Source: a virus (Duplodnaviria > Caudoviricetes). Taken from it: DNA of 64,000 bases. Under the pieces are notes generated by a model. It saw only the letters and a program-made list of their open reading frames with translations, was not told where the DNA came from and made no database searches. The stretch covers positions 32,001 to 96,000 of IMG/VR virus record IMGVR_UViG_3300027374_000478; one strand, written 5' to 3'. Shown one piece after another: positions 40,284-50,972 of this stretch (positions are counted from its first letter, which is position 1; each line of letters starts with the position of its first letter). The translations under genes were made by a program, and so were the position numbers.

Positions 40284-40350
40284 GCCGAAACTAGCCATTT
40301 GTGGCTAGTCTGTATAAGATAGCGGCTTATACAGTGATGATGGCAAGCTG
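40284..40350 (+). ncRNA. type II hammerhead ribozyme, C3G core variant
   Basis: GCC-GAAA-CTAGCCA/TGGCTAG-TC-TGTATAAG/CTTATACA-GTGATGA-T-GGC; loop TAGC can pair with 3' GCTG. Confidence 0.8.
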
Positions 40351-40366
40351 AAGGAGGTAAAACTTT

Positions 40367-41119
40367 ATGTTGAATATTATGGCGCAGTTAGAAAACCTTG
40401 ATAATAGAGAGTGGAACGCTCTATTTGCCAATATGGAAAGAGAAGAAAACAGAATTGTTGCAAGCCGCAAAAAGGACTTGTTATATCGTTATTTGGGAGA
40501 GATAGATTGTCCTGAAGAAATGTTTTACAAGTTTGCTACAGTTGATGATGTTAGAAAATGCGGTGGTAAAACAAATTGGTTCCTTTGCTCTGATGGCTCT
40601 TTCTTTACTTGTGGAGACTCTGCATCTGATTCACTTTTTGAAAGTGGAAAAGTTGTTAACTATAATTTTCCTTTTGAGGTGGAAAGAAACGAAAAATATA
40701 GCAGATTTTCTAAGGATGAAAGAACTGCCTTTCGTGTAGAGTTACAAGGAATCAGCGAAACAGAAGCAAAAGAAATTGTTTGTGATGAATTGGGGATTCC
40801 GGCATATAAAAATATCTATGTATTTTCAGTTACAGAAACTCTTTTAGATAGTTCTAATAATTCTGAGGAAGTAAATACATGCACATGTAACATAGAAGCC
40901 GATACAGAGGAGGAAGCAAGAGAAAAACTTATTTTAGAATGTCGTAAAGTTGGTTCTATTATAAGTAGTGGCAAAAGATTTACAAAAGAGGATAATAGAA
41001 AAATGCGTGAATCTGGGGAATTTTTTGGATATAAAGGAGGTACACCATATACAATCATTTTGAAAAGCAGAAATATTATTCTTATTGAAATAAAAGAAAA
41101 TCATGGGTATTGGGATTAA
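40367..41119 (+). CDS. hypothetical early protein
   Basis: 250 aa, AAGGAGGT SD right after the hammerhead. Confidence 0.75.
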   Translation: MLNIMAQLENLDNREWNALFANMEREENRIVASRKKDLLYRYLGEIDCPEEMFYKFATVDDVRKCGGKTNWFLCSDGSFFTCGDSASDSLFESGKVVNYNFPFEVERNEKYSRFSKDERTAFRVELQGISETEAKEIVCDELGIPAYKNIYVFSVTETLLDSSNNSEEVNTCTCNIEADTEEEAREKLILECRKVGSIISSGKRFTKEDNRKMRESGEFFGYKGGTPYTIILKSRNIILIEIKENHGYWD

Positions 41120-41147
41120 AATACCCATGAAACTACTGTTTTAAGAT

Positions 41148-41348
41148 ATGGAGGAAAGAAAAATGACAAGTTTTGAATTAATGAGAATAACTAGAAATAC
41201 ATTAAACCCTATTGGTAAATTGATTTATGATTATTTCAGAAAAACGGAAAATAGAAGAGTGTGTTTAACAAATGCGTTAGACGCACAAGATTGTTTTTTG
41301 ACTATTCAAGAAGCGAAATCGTGGATTACTAGACATAGTGCGCAATAA
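41148..41348 (+). CDS. hypothetical protein
   Basis: ORF after palindrome 41128; true start likely 41163. Confidence 0.6.
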   Translation: MEERKMTSFELMRITRNTLNPIGKLIYDYFRKTENRRVCLTNALDAQDCFLTIQEAKSWITRHSAQ

Positions 41349-41505
41349 TTTCAAATTGCGTCTTACAAGCCTATTTAATGCCTTAAATCATATATATGTA
41401 CGTTGCGTTAAGTCCTTAAATAAGGCAAATAAATAGTATAAAAATAGGAAATAATTTTGATTTATTGGATAATATGTGATATGATAAATTTAAAAAGAAA
41501 CGAAT

Positions 41506-41766
41506 ATGAAATTTATGACAAATTTAGAGATTTTAATGATGGATAAATGCACAAAAACTGAAGCGGAAAAGCATTTAAAGAATGGAACGACTGTATTTGA
41601 GGGTGAGGATTTCGAGAAGCATTTTAATGATTATATGGACGAGTGGGATATTGATGAGGAAGACAGAGCAGAATATAAGTCAATGATTGATGATAAGAAA
41701 CCTGTTACCGATTGGGGAATTGTGGAGCATGACGGCATAACATGGTATATCGCGTATGTTTTATAA
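41506..41766 (+). CDS. hypothetical acidic protein
   Basis: 86 aa ORF followed by a terminator-like hairpin. Confidence 0.65.
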   Translation: MKFMTNLEILMMDKCTKTEAEKHLKNGTTVFEGEDFEKHFNDYMDEWDIDEEDRAEYKSMIDDKKPVTDWGIVEHDGITWYIAYVL

Positions 41767-41867
41767 ATAATTAAACAGCATAGAAATAGAAGTAATAAGC
41801 AAGTGACAAGTGGGAATGTTGCTTGCTTTTATTATGGGAAAATTCAAAGAAAAATAGAAGAGGGCTT

Positions 41868-42092
41868 ATGCAACAGTTAAAAACAGAAAATTGTATTATA
41901 TGTGGTCAAAAAGCAAAATATTGAAAAGGTTATGTCAAAGGATTATATAAATATGCTCTTGGATATTCTGAAAGAAAAGTAATTGCTGGATTTTGCAAAA
42001 ATCATAAAGAACACGAGAGCAATAATAGTGGATGCTATGGAGAATATGATTCTGAAAAAATGGGAAGATGTATTCCATTATTTAATAGGTAA
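41868..42092 (+). pseudogene. Cys-rich small gene with in-frame TGA
   Basis: MQQLKTENCIICGQKAKY*KGYV...; TGA 41922-24; ends flush against palindrome 42093. Confidence 0.55.
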
Positions 42093-42122
42093 TGAAAAAT
42101 CGTTTCAAGATGGGAGGATATA

Positions 42123-42341
42123 ATGAAAAAATTTAAAATATATATACAGACATGGCTTGATGGTAAACAGGTCAGAAGCATAAAAGATGTACCACCTGAA
42201 ACAATATGGGAATGTGTTTACATTTACAATTCCATTATACAGAAAGAAAAGCCGTCATTTATCAATGGAAAAGTAAAAGAAATTTTAGATAAATGTGGAA
42301 TTAATACGGTAACAGATGGAATCGGATGGAGGATTGTATAA
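42123..42341 (+). CDS. hypothetical protein
   Basis: GGAGG SD. Confidence 0.65.
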   Translation: MKKFKIYIQTWLDGKQVRSIKDVPPETIWECVYIYNSIIQKEKPSFINGKVKEILDKCGINTVTDGIGWRIV

Positions 42342-42597
42342 TGCAAAATTTAGGATTATTTCAGCAAAAGCAGTATATCAGATGGTAGCTGGAAATGAAT
42401 ATATAGAGTATTCAGAGAGATGTTTATTAGACAATTTCATATTTTAGGATAGTCAGACACAACAATATTTCTTGTGTTTAGTCCATTCCCTTACAACATG
42501 GACGGCTTGTTATGAGGTATTTGCAGAAGGTGGAAACGGCACGGAAATATTCGATATGTGGGATAAAATGATGGAAAATAGGGTTTGTTTAGCGTGA
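42334..42597 (+). pseudogene. small gene with in-frame TAG
   Basis: Frame open either side of TAG 42445-47. Confidence 0.45.
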
Positions 42598-42702
42598 TAC
42601 GGCGATTTATAACCAATTAGAAGGCACTAACGAATATTTCCGTTAATGCCTTTTATAGTGGCTATAAAGATGGAATAAATGGAGAAGTAGAGAGTAGAAA
42701 GG

Positions 42703-43239
42703 ATGGTTGATATTATGGCAAACAAAACATTATTAAAGAGATTTACGGAGCTTGCAAACAATAGAAAAGCGGAAATTGTAGAACTACAACATATGTATTT
42801 ATTGAAACAGATTGAAAATGAAATCGTTCAGGAGAGGTTTAAGGAAGTGTATAACAAAGTTTTAGCTGAGAATCCCTTTTATTCTGACCGTGATTGTAAA
42901 CTGCTCAAGAACGGAAACAAAATTTCTAAAGGTGATAGGATTCTTTCAAGTGATGATCAATGGTGTATGAGTACAGAAGATTATGACAGATTCTTGGAAA
43001 TTTGCAGAAAGGAAAATTTTGTTGCTGGTCTTACATATGAAGATGGAAGATATACTGAGGAAACTAATACAGAAAATCAGTTAAAAGATATTAAAGAGAA
43101 GTTGATCCGTTTGTCAGTAGAAATTTTACCTGATGATTTTCCAAATAAGAAGTTGCTTGAAGAAGCTATTGAGTACAGAGGACATAATTCATATAAGACA
43201 AGAGAAACACTTTTTGAGTTGGTTATGAAGCTGAAATAG
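42703..43239 (+). CDS. hypothetical protein
   Basis: 178 aa ORF. Confidence 0.7.
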   Translation: MVDIMANKTLLKRFTELANNRKAEIVELQHMYLLKQIENEIVQERFKEVYNKVLAENPFYSDRDCKLLKNGNKISKGDRILSSDDQWCMSTEDYDRFLEICRKENFVAGLTYEDGRYTEETNTENQLKDIKEKLIRLSVEILPDDFPNKKLLEEAIEYRGHNSYKTRETLFELVMKLK

Positions 43240-43256
43240 GGAGGATAGCATTTAAT

Positions 43257-43463
43257 ATGAAGCGGAGGACATATAATAACGTTTTAAAAGCTGTGAGATT
43301 GATTCAGAAAAAGGGATATGAAAAGAAAGAATCTTTAGAAATGGCAATTAAAATATTTGATGAAATGGAATTACTTAATAATGGAATGTCTATTGAATGG
43401 AGAATTAACCAGATTGTAGATAAAGAAACATGGAAACGAGAAGCAGAACTGTATAAGTCTTGA
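43257..43463 (+). CDS. hypothetical protein
   Basis: GGAGG SD; TGA stop is part of palindrome 43461. Confidence 0.7.
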   Translation: MKRRTYNNVLKAVRLIQKKGYEKKESLEMAIKIFDEMELLNNGMSIEWRINQIVDKETWKREAELYKS

Positions 43464-43902
43464 AACAATGGTTTCAAGTACATAGAATGGAGGATTTTTG
43501 AGAGTGATCAGAAACAAGATAAAATTTGTCAGAAATAATTATTAGATATATGGAGGTATGGTTATGGTTGATAATTTAGGACGATGGACGGAAGAAAAAG
43601 ATTATAATACATATCCAAAAGAAAAATGGTGCGATATGGATTATATGGCAGCATGGATTGTCTGAATTTGATTTTGAACCATAAAAGGCAACGAAATAAG
43701 GTTAAAATGATTTTAAATTAAAAGGAGAATAAAAATGAAGATTGTTATTTGTTACGCAATACACGAAAAGAAAATTGTAAGTTATGATACATTTGCAAGT
43801 GAAAACGATGCTTTTATTTTTATAAAAAATGATGCACAAAAAGTATATAATGAAGAAATTTACAATGGAAATTATTAATATTGCATAAAGGAGATAAAAA
43901 AT

Positions 43903-44061
43903 ATGACAAAAAATGAAGAAATAATATGGGAAGATCTGAAAGAAAAAGCCAGAATGGCTGGTTATATAATTTTTAATCGTAAAAATTTAGAAACAGAAAG
44001 GGAATATGATGAAGCTGTAGAAAACCTAGTAAAATTTGAAATTGAGCATGGAATATTATAA
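43903..44061 (+). CDS. small hypothetical protein
   Basis: AAGGAG SD, 52 aa. Confidence 0.5.
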   Translation: MTKNEEIIWEDLKEKARMAGYIIFNRKNLETEREYDEAVENLVKFEIEHGIL

Positions 44062-44088
44062 TTTGCTAATAAAGGAGAGGTAAAGACA

Positions 44089-44256
44089 ATGATAGAAATT
44101 GAAAAAGAAGATAAAGTTATTTTTAGTGGTTCTAAAGATGAGTGCGTTGAATTTTTGAAAAAACTTGGAATTATTAATAAAAATGAAACTGATATACGTT
44201 TGCTTACAATGGCAGCACTGGCTACAAAATTTGGTTTATCTATGTTTAGTCGATAA
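44089..44256 (+). CDS. small hypothetical protein
   Basis: GAGG SD, 55 aa. Confidence 0.5.
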   Translation: MIEIEKEDKVIFSGSKDECVEFLKKLGIINKNETDIRLLTMAALATKFGLSMFSR

Positions 44257-44285
44257 AAATTAGGCATGTGGTAGGAGAATAAAAA

Positions 44286-44534
44286 ATGAAAAATGTTGTT
44301 AATGATGAATTAAGAAAAAAACAGTTGGAAATGGAAAAAAGGATTAAAAAGGAAATAGAAGATCCTAATTTTTTAAATATGTACACAAGAAAAACCTTAA
44401 GGGAAGTTATGCTTGCGCTGTTTCCATATGAATCCGTAACACATCCAGTAAATAGAGCATTTAATGGGATGACAAAAGCCAGGATGTATAGAAGGTTATT
44501 AGGCTATGCAATATTAAAAAGATGGGAAATTTAG
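44286..44534 (+). CDS. hypothetical protein
   Basis: AGGAG SD, 82 aa. Confidence 0.6.
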   Translation: MKNVVNDELRKKQLEMEKRIKKEIEDPNFLNMYTRKTLREVMLALFPYESVTHPVNRAFNGMTKARMYRRLLGYAILKRWEI

Positions 44535-44538
44535 GAGG

Positions 44539-45168
44539 TTGGTGATTGTTATGACTAATAGAGAAATATTCTTAGAAAAACTTAAAAGTGCAGATGCGCG
44601 TGATTTTGTAAACTTTATTATTGGATATGGGAAATGTACAAGATGCAGTAATTACTATTGGGATGGAAATCATAGAGAATGCCATGTAAACTTAAATAAT
44701 TCCTCCTGTGAGGAGGGAATTGCTCAATTCATGTTTTCAGGAGTTGAGGAGAATCTACAGATTAAATATCACAAGAAATATTCAAATTTCCATTCTTCAT
44801 TTCATGCGATGTTGGGAATGCATCTTTCATCAATTTTGTTTCATGCAAATGTTGTGAAGAAGTTAGAAAATGCTTGCAAACATTGCGAAAATGATTGTTC
44901 GAAATGTAGATTGCTTTGGAATAATGTCCTTGATATGTCCCGTAATTACGCAAGTAATCTTGTAAAATTTTATAATGATAATGATTACAGTCTTGAGGCA
45001 TGTAATGCTAGAGATTTGTGTAAAAGGTATTATGGTAATGCTTTTATATTTATTTCAGAAATTTTAATCCCACGTATACAAGAGCCTGAACTTCAGATAC
45101 AAGCCAAGTTACTTATTAAATTAATAAATGATAAAGAATTAATAAATGATAAAGAGGGAAATTCCTAA
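44539..45168 (+). CDS. Cys-rich hypothetical protein
   Basis: CTRC, CKHCENDCSKC; terminal LINDKE duplication. Confidence 0.6.
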   Translation: MVIVMTNREIFLEKLKSADARDFVNFIIGYGKCTRCSNYYWDGNHRECHVNLNNSSCEEGIAQFMFSGVEENLQIKYHKKYSNFHSSFHAMLGMHLSSILFHANVVKKLENACKHCENDCSKCRLLWNNVLDMSRNYASNLVKFYNDNDYSLEACNARDLCKRYYGNAFIFISEILIPRIQEPELQIQAKLLIKLINDKELINDKEGNS

Positions 45169-45259
45169 AAGCATGACACTAGATTTTACCACTTTGGGTT
45201 TGAGTTAGTTGATTAAAGACTGGAAATCAGGATTTTATCGAAAATGAATGGAGGACAAT

Positions 45260-45412
45260 ATGAAGAATAAGAGATTAACGGAAATTGCTAAAAAAGTTTA
45301 TTTTTCAGGATTAGGACGTATAGATTGGAATGAAGTGGAAGAAGAATATAAACTATCGAAAACGGAACTTAATTATGTGACAAGTATAATCAGAAATTGG
45401 AACAGAAAATAA
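45260..45412 (+). CDS. small hypothetical protein (50 aa)
   Basis: GGAGG SD; bounded by palindromes 45222/45416. Confidence 0.6.
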   Translation: MKNKRLTEIAKKVYFSGLGRIDWNEVEEEYKLSKTELNYVTSIIRNWNRK

Positions 45413-45446
45413 CAATGAAATCGGAATTTCATCGAAAGGAAGGTAT

Positions 45447-45767
45447 ATGTGTATGGCGTGTTATGTTGTGACTAGGAAAGGAGACAATAAAGTTTTAGAT
45501 ATTGGAAATTTAGTGTCGTATTCTATGCATGGACATACTAAAGTTGCCCATGTTTATCATCCAGTTGTTGGTAGTCAAGTGTCTGGATTTTGTTGGTGGG
45601 ATACACCTGAGTATGAAGTGTATTGCATAGAGGATTTATCCTATTGGAATGTACTGGAAAAATATAAAGTTGAGGAAGACAGAGAATCAGTTGATATTTC
45701 AAAATATTATAGCAATATAAAAAATGCCAATTTAAAATATTCTGAAGATATCGGATTATATTTATAG
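45447..45767 (+). CDS. hypothetical protein
   Basis: Bounded by palindromes 45416/45780. Confidence 0.65.
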   Translation: MCMACYVVTRKGDNKVLDIGNLVSYSMHGHTKVAHVYHPVVGSQVSGFCWWDTPEYEVYCIEDLSYWNVLEKYKVEEDRESVDISKYYSNIKNANLKYSEDIGLYL

Positions 45768-45816
45768 AAATTAGAACAATGAATCTCGTATTTCAAGACA
45801 GAATTGGAGGGAATAA

Positions 45817-46062
45817 ATGGTATTGGTAAAAGAAATAATAACAAAGTCATATCAATATGAAGAAAATGGAAGTTGTACTACTTTTGTGGAAGAAATTGAA
45901 CAGTATCATTATAGGAATGAAGAAGAAAAGAATGGACATTCACAACGTATGAAAAAAAGAGGATTTGAAGATAGTGGTCAAGTAAAAGAGAATATTGGAA
46001 CGATATTGAAACCTAACCATGTGTGGTTTGGAAGTTATTATAGATATAATAGATCTAAGTGA
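45817..46062 (+). CDS. hypothetical protein
   Basis: GGAGG SD. Confidence 0.65.
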   Translation: MVLVKEIITKSYQYEENGSCTTFVEEIEQYHYRNEEEKNGHSQRMKKRGFEDSGQVKENIGTILKPNHVWFGSYYRYNRSK

Positions 46063-46140
46063 CGGAGAAGATTACAAATATAATAAAGAATTGTTTGTGT
46101 CGGAAGTTAAATAATAGAATGAGTGATTGGAGGAAAAGAC

Positions 46141-46377
46141 ATGGAAAGATATGAGGTAGAAGACATAATTTTAACAATGGCAGATATTGTTAGAGAGAAC
46201 AGGTATTTAAGAAAAGAAAATAATAGACTTAGCAAGATTGAAAAAGAATATCAAAATTCAATTTTTGAAAGAGCAAAAGAAAGTGAACAAGCAAGTAGGA
46301 ATATGTTAAATGCTGCACTTGTTGGAATTACACAAGGAAAAGTAAATTTAGCAAGTGAATTATTAGATTATCTTTAA
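46141..46377 (+). CDS. hypothetical coiled-coil protein
   Basis: GGAGG SD; TAA is part of palindrome 46375. Confidence 0.65.
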   Translation: MERYEVEDIILTMADIVRENRYLRKENNRLSKIEKEYQNSIFERAKESEQASRNMLNAALVGITQGKVNLASELLDYL

Positions 46378-46547
46378 AATTCGCATTTTAAGACAACAAT
46401 ATGAGGAGGTGTTATAATTGTCAATACTTGGAGGAATAATCTTTTTAATTATTGCTTGGTTACTTGATTAAAACAAAGGTTAAATGCCACTGGAATTATC
46501 TGGTGGCTTTAATTATGGAAAAATGTTATAATATAGGAGTTTAGAAT

Positions 46548-46712
46548 ATGGATAAAGAAATTATATTAGATTTTATATGTTATGGAAAACATATGGTTGT
46601 AGTAAAATTAGAGCATGGAACACATGTTATGTATATAGATGAATGGAAACGTACATCTAAAAAACGACATTTAGAACATCGAGATAAAAAACGAAAATAT
46701 AAAACAGCTTAA
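46548..46712 (+). CDS. small hypothetical protein
   Basis: AGGAG SD, 54 aa. Confidence 0.5.
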   Translation: MDKEIILDFICYGKHMVVVKLEHGTHVMYIDEWKRTSKKRHLEHRDKKRKYKTA

Positions 46713-46736
46713 TTGATAATATTAGGAGGAATTAAT

Positions 46737-47786
46737 ATGAAGACTTATGAGAGAAAGTCTTTTCCTAGAATGGCAAGAGATTTAAAGGTGATGTATGATA
46801 AGGGCAATTTATCTTTTGATAACGCAGTACAGAGATCATTTGTGTGGAAAAATACTTCTAAAGACAATCGCATGAGTATATTGATAGACAGTATGATGAG
46901 AGGGTTTCCAATTCCTGCAATGTATTGTAATTGTATATTTGAAGATATCAAAAATAAAACATATGATTTCCTTGATGGAAAACAAAGAACAACGACTGTT
47001 ATAAAATTTTTGAATGATGAATTTCCGCTTGTAAATACTCCCTCCTTTGAAGATGAGGATGGAATTGAGCATGATTTTAATGGATTGACATTTTCTCAAC
47101 TTCCGGAAGATATAAGGGACACTATTAAAACATATAACCTGACTATTTATTATTATGAAAATATGGATCAGGAAGACGCCGAAGAAATGTTCCGTAGATT
47201 AAATAATGGAAAATCGCTGACGGCAATAGAATTGACAAGAGCAAATGCAATCTCTAAAATAGAAATTAGTCAACTTGCAAAACATGAAATGTTTAATGTT
47301 GCTTTATCAGAAAAGTCATTGGCTGCATATGCAAATGAAGATGTTGTAATTAAGACATGGATATTGTTATATGGCACTAAAAAATCATTTGAAACAAAAA
47401 ATATACGTCCTGTAATGCGGGAAACAGTAATTACAAAGGATCAGGTAGAAGAAATTAATAGAATATATGATGCTTTTCTAAAAGTTTATAAGATTTTGCA
47501 GAATGCCGAACAGTTTAAGGTTGTCAAAAAGATTTTAGGAAAAGTTCATTTAATTTCTTTAATGTCTATATTGAAAAAAACTATTCATGAAAATATAAAT
47601 ATTGAATTAGTCGAAAAATGGTTGATTACGTTTTTTGGAACAGGAACTAGATTTGTATCTATTAACAACAAGTATAATGAATATTCAAAAGGTCGTGTTG
47701 CAGTTACGGAAGAGGCGGTTGAACTGAGAGGGAAAATATTGTTAGAAAATTTTGAGGAGTTTTTGGAAGAAAGTAGTAGCGAATAG
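46737..47786 (+). CDS. DUF262 (GmrS/ParB-like) domain protein
   Basis: VQRSFVW, LIDSMMRGFPIP, DGKQR, FRRLNNG motifs. Confidence 0.88.
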   Translation: MKTYERKSFPRMARDLKVMYDKGNLSFDNAVQRSFVWKNTSKDNRMSILIDSMMRGFPIPAMYCNCIFEDIKNKTYDFLDGKQRTTTVIKFLNDEFPLVNTPSFEDEDGIEHDFNGLTFSQLPEDIRDTIKTYNLTIYYYENMDQEDAEEMFRRLNNGKSLTAIELTRANAISKIEISQLAKHEMFNVALSEKSLAAYANEDVVIKTWILLYGTKKSFETKNIRPVMRETVITKDQVEEINRIYDAFLKVYKILQNAEQFKVVKKILGKVHLISLMSILKKTIHENINIELVEKWLITFFGTGTRFVSINNKYNEYSKGRVAVTEEAVELRGKILLENFEEFLEESSSE

Positions 47787-47820
47787 AAGGATTATTTCAT
47801 GGAAAAATGGAGGAATTATA

Positions 47821-47985
47821 ATGAATAATATGTATGAAACGTATAATCTGAAAGAAATAAAAGAGATAATAAATCAAGCTATAGAATCAGAAATGGGTTA
47901 TAATAGATTGTTTGAGGAAAGGGAACAAGAAATTATTAATAGTTTAAAAGTTAGACTGTTAGATATGTTTGGAATTGAAGATTAA
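47821..47985 (+). CDS. small hypothetical protein
   Basis: Bounded by palindromes 47784/47987. Confidence 0.6.
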   Translation: MNNMYETYNLKEIKEIINQAIESEMGYNRLFEEREQEIINSLKVRLLDMFGIED

Positions 47986-48020
47986 ATAAAATGATTGTTT
48001 CAAGAGGGAAAGGAAAAAAT

Positions 48021-48359
48021 ATGGAGATATTTATTTACAAAAAAAAGGGAAATGAATTAGTTTTTGATAAATCAAAAGCAAAATATGGTGGAATAAACAA
48101 TGATAGTATATATTATAATCAAGATATAGGTGGATTTCATAGCAGGATTGATGCAAAAAATATTGGTAAAGTAATAAATGGTATGTGCTATCTTTTACAG
48201 AGAAATGACAATCAGGTAATTATGCTTTTTTCTGAATATGATAACCAGAAAATTGAAAAACTTCAGTTAGAAATTCAAAAAATTCAAGAGGAAAAAGTAG
48301 TAAGTAAAGTAATATGGTTTAGAAATGGAGAAGGCGTTTTAGAAGAAACCGTTTTATGA
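48021..48359 (+). CDS. hypothetical protein
   Basis: Bounded by palindromes 47987/48366. Confidence 0.65.
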   Translation: MEIFIYKKKGNELVFDKSKAKYGGINNDSIYYNQDIGGFHSRIDAKNIGKVINGMCYLLQRNDNQVIMLFSEYDNQKIEKLQLEIQKIQEEKVVSKVIWFRNGEGVLEETVL

Positions 48360-48399
48360 TATTGATGAAATTAGATATTTAAGGAAGGGATGAGGATAA

Positions 48400-48744
48400 A
48401 TGGATAAAGAACAATTTCTCAAATGGATAGAAAATGGTGGAAGAATATATAAATATACATATGAGGTCGAAGCAGGAAAAGAAGATTTAAGAAAAAGTGA
48501 ATGTGAAGTAGACGCAGTTTATGAAGACGGGTTTAAAACGTTCGGCTTTGGATATCATATCCCATTTGATTGCTTTGAAAAATGGAAAATGCAACATTGG
48601 AGTTCAAATTCATATGAATATTTTATCTTCTTGACTAATGAACAGAACATAGATGATTATTTGGGAGAAATAAAAAAATGTATTGCTGAAGGACTTCAAA
48701 AAGAAATAAGAGATTTGCAAAGATCATTGGCATTAGTGATATAG
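48400..48744 (+). CDS. hypothetical protein
   Basis: GAGG SD, 114 aa. Confidence 0.65.
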   Translation: MDKEQFLKWIENGGRIYKYTYEVEAGKEDLRKSECEVDAVYEDGFKTFGFGYHIPFDCFEKWKMQHWSSNSYEYFIFLTNEQNIDDYLGEIKKCIAEGLQKEIRDLQRSLALVI

Positions 48745-48859
48745 TAGGCACGACAATGTGATATTTAACTAAATACATTAAGGTAGTAAAGCATTTGGAA
48801 AATAAAAATCCAGATGCTTTTTATTATACAAAAAATTACATATTCAAGGAGGTTCCAGT

Positions 48860-49789
48860 ATGAGCACAGTTGTGGCAATGAATGAGGAAACAAGGAGGAT
48901 GGAGCAGTTCAATGACATAGTGGCAAATATCAAGCCACTTATGACTGTTGGAAAAGGTAAGAATCAGAGAGCAATTACAGGGAGTGCAGTTGTTCCGTTG
49001 TCTTGTTGTTTTGTGGATTCAAGGTATCAGGGCATGAGAACACATAAGCATCTGAATCGGTTAAAGAATAAATGGGATGAACGAAAGTTGACACCTATTA
49101 TCTTAGTACCACATCCAGAAGAATCCAGATTTGCGGTTGTAGATGGTCAGGGGAGGTGTCTTGTGGCTCCTGAGAAGGGTATGGATCGTCTTAATGCAAT
49201 CATTCTCATGGATGCTCCTGAAGATTTGGATGAACGTCTGAAATTTGAAGCTGAGTATTTTATCGGACAGGATTCAGAAGTGGAAAATGTGAAGCCTCTT
49301 GAAAAGCATCTTTCAAGAGTGATTATTGGTGATAATGCTGCCGTTTCTCTGGATAAACTTTTAAACAAATATGGAATTAAATTTGTAGCCACTAAAGGAA
49401 ATAGAGGAGAGTCTATACTTGGAAGTTATACAGATGCGTATTCAATTGCGAAAGTGCATGGTGAAAAGTGTCTGGACTTTATTTTTTCTATCGTTGATAA
49501 TGCTGGGTGGAATAAAGAGACAAACGGATATGCGACATTTGTAATGAGGGCATTAAGGGAGGTTTGGATTGCCCATCCGAATGATAGGAAAGAAATACAT
49601 AGGTATTTGTCAAAGGAATTAAGGCAGATTGATCCTGCGTTATTCAGTGCAGAAGCAAAATCAAAATATCCGAAGCGTGACCACAGAGTATCTTGTGTTC
49701 TTTATGTGGAAGATTTGGTATGTGATGGACTTGGAATAGAGAAGAAGATATATGTAGAGAACGGGAAGAAAGTTAAAATCTCAAAATGA
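48860..49789 (+). CDS. ParB-like (DUF6551-type) protein
   Basis: VDSRYQ...WDERKLTPI...VVDGQGR motif. Confidence 0.7.
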   Translation: MSTVVAMNEETRRMEQFNDIVANIKPLMTVGKGKNQRAITGSAVVPLSCCFVDSRYQGMRTHKHLNRLKNKWDERKLTPIILVPHPEESRFAVVDGQGRCLVAPEKGMDRLNAIILMDAPEDLDERLKFEAEYFIGQDSEVENVKPLEKHLSRVIIGDNAAVSLDKLLNKYGIKFVATKGNRGESILGSYTDAYSIAKVHGEKCLDFIFSIVDNAGWNKETNGYATFVMRALREVWIAHPNDRKEIHRYLSKELRQIDPALFSAEAKSKYPKRDHRVSCVLYVEDLVCDGLGIEKKIYVENGKKVKISK

Positions 49790-49812
49790 TTTGGTGAAAT
49801 GGAGGAAATGTC

Positions 49813-50856
49813 ATGAAGATAATTAAAGGTGCGGATCGTGGAAGAACAGAGTGGACAGCACGGAAACTTGTTGAATTAGTGGAAGATGGAACAGTGAATT
49901 TTAACATTGATATTCAAAGGGGTTATGTGTGGAAAGATAATGACAAGAAATCTGCTTTGATTCGCTCTTTGATATTGGATAGACATGTTCCTCCTCTGTA
50001 TTTCAATAAAGTGGAAGATGTTTATGAGGGCGAAGATGGGAAACAGCGGACATTAACTATCATCAAATTCTTGAATAATGAGTTTGAATTGAGCGGACTT
50101 GAAGAATTTACAGTTATAAATGATGAGAGCGAAACAGAGGAAATTGACATCAACGGGTACAAGTTTAGTGATCTTCCTGAATGTTTCCAGAACGCTATTA
50201 AGGAGTATTCATTCACAATTTGCTATACGGACAATGCGAATCAGGAAGAACAGGCGGATACATTCTATAATCTGAATAATGGTCAGGCATTAAACGCTGC
50301 TACGATGAACCGTGTAAAAGCAAAATCAAAGGAACAGATTATCAATCTTGGGAAGCATAAGTTGTTTGCTGATGCTTTAAGTCAGACAGCTTTAGATGGA
50401 CATGTGAATGAAGATATGGTGGCCAAAGCACATGCAATCTTAAATGACAGTGAAGTTTCTACAGATGCAAAATGGATTCGTCCTTACATGAGAATGGCAG
50501 ATATTACAAAGGATGATGAATTCTTACTTAGCGAAGTATTCGACCGTATTTACAATATACATGCCATGATAGAGGATAAGAAAATTGCAAAGAGGATTTA
50601 TGCCAGGACGCATATGATTAGTATTGTGCCGATTGTTGCAGAGTCGCTTAATGACGGATATTCTGACAAACAAATGATGGAATGGTTTGTAAATTTCTTT
50701 AGCGGAAAGAAATCTGCTACAACTTCTAAAGCATATAATGACGCTGCCGGAAGAGGAACTGGAAAGAATTCTGCTGTTATGAAGAGGGTGGAGGAAATCA
50801 AAAAGGATTATGATAGGTATTTTGGAAATACGAAATCTTTGGCCGAAGCAAGTTGA
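49813..50856 (+). CDS. DUF262 (GmrS/ParB-like) domain protein
   Basis: IQRGYVW, DGKQR, FYNLNNG; paralog of 46737. Confidence 0.88.
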   Translation: MKIIKGADRGRTEWTARKLVELVEDGTVNFNIDIQRGYVWKDNDKKSALIRSLILDRHVPPLYFNKVEDVYEGEDGKQRTLTIIKFLNNEFELSGLEEFTVINDESETEEIDINGYKFSDLPECFQNAIKEYSFTICYTDNANQEEQADTFYNLNNGQALNAATMNRVKAKSKEQIINLGKHKLFADALSQTALDGHVNEDMVAKAHAILNDSEVSTDAKWIRPYMRMADITKDDEFLLSEVFDRIYNIHAMIEDKKIAKRIYARTHMISIVPIVAESLNDGYSDKQMMEWFVNFFSGKKSATTSKAYNDAAGRGTGKNSAVMKRVEEIKKDYDRYFGNTKSLAEAS

Positions 50857-50972
50857 AAGTGTATATGATTTGATATAGATTGTTTCATGCTGTATATGCA
50901 TGGAATCGTGTTCTATACTTCAACACGAAAAAGAGAAGTAGTTTATATAAAACGATTTGGAGGATAAAATAT

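Noticed and set aside
45116-45155. 18-bp tandem duplication (LINDKE twice)
   Set aside because: Ordinary slippage duplication at a gene end; no wider repeat structure.
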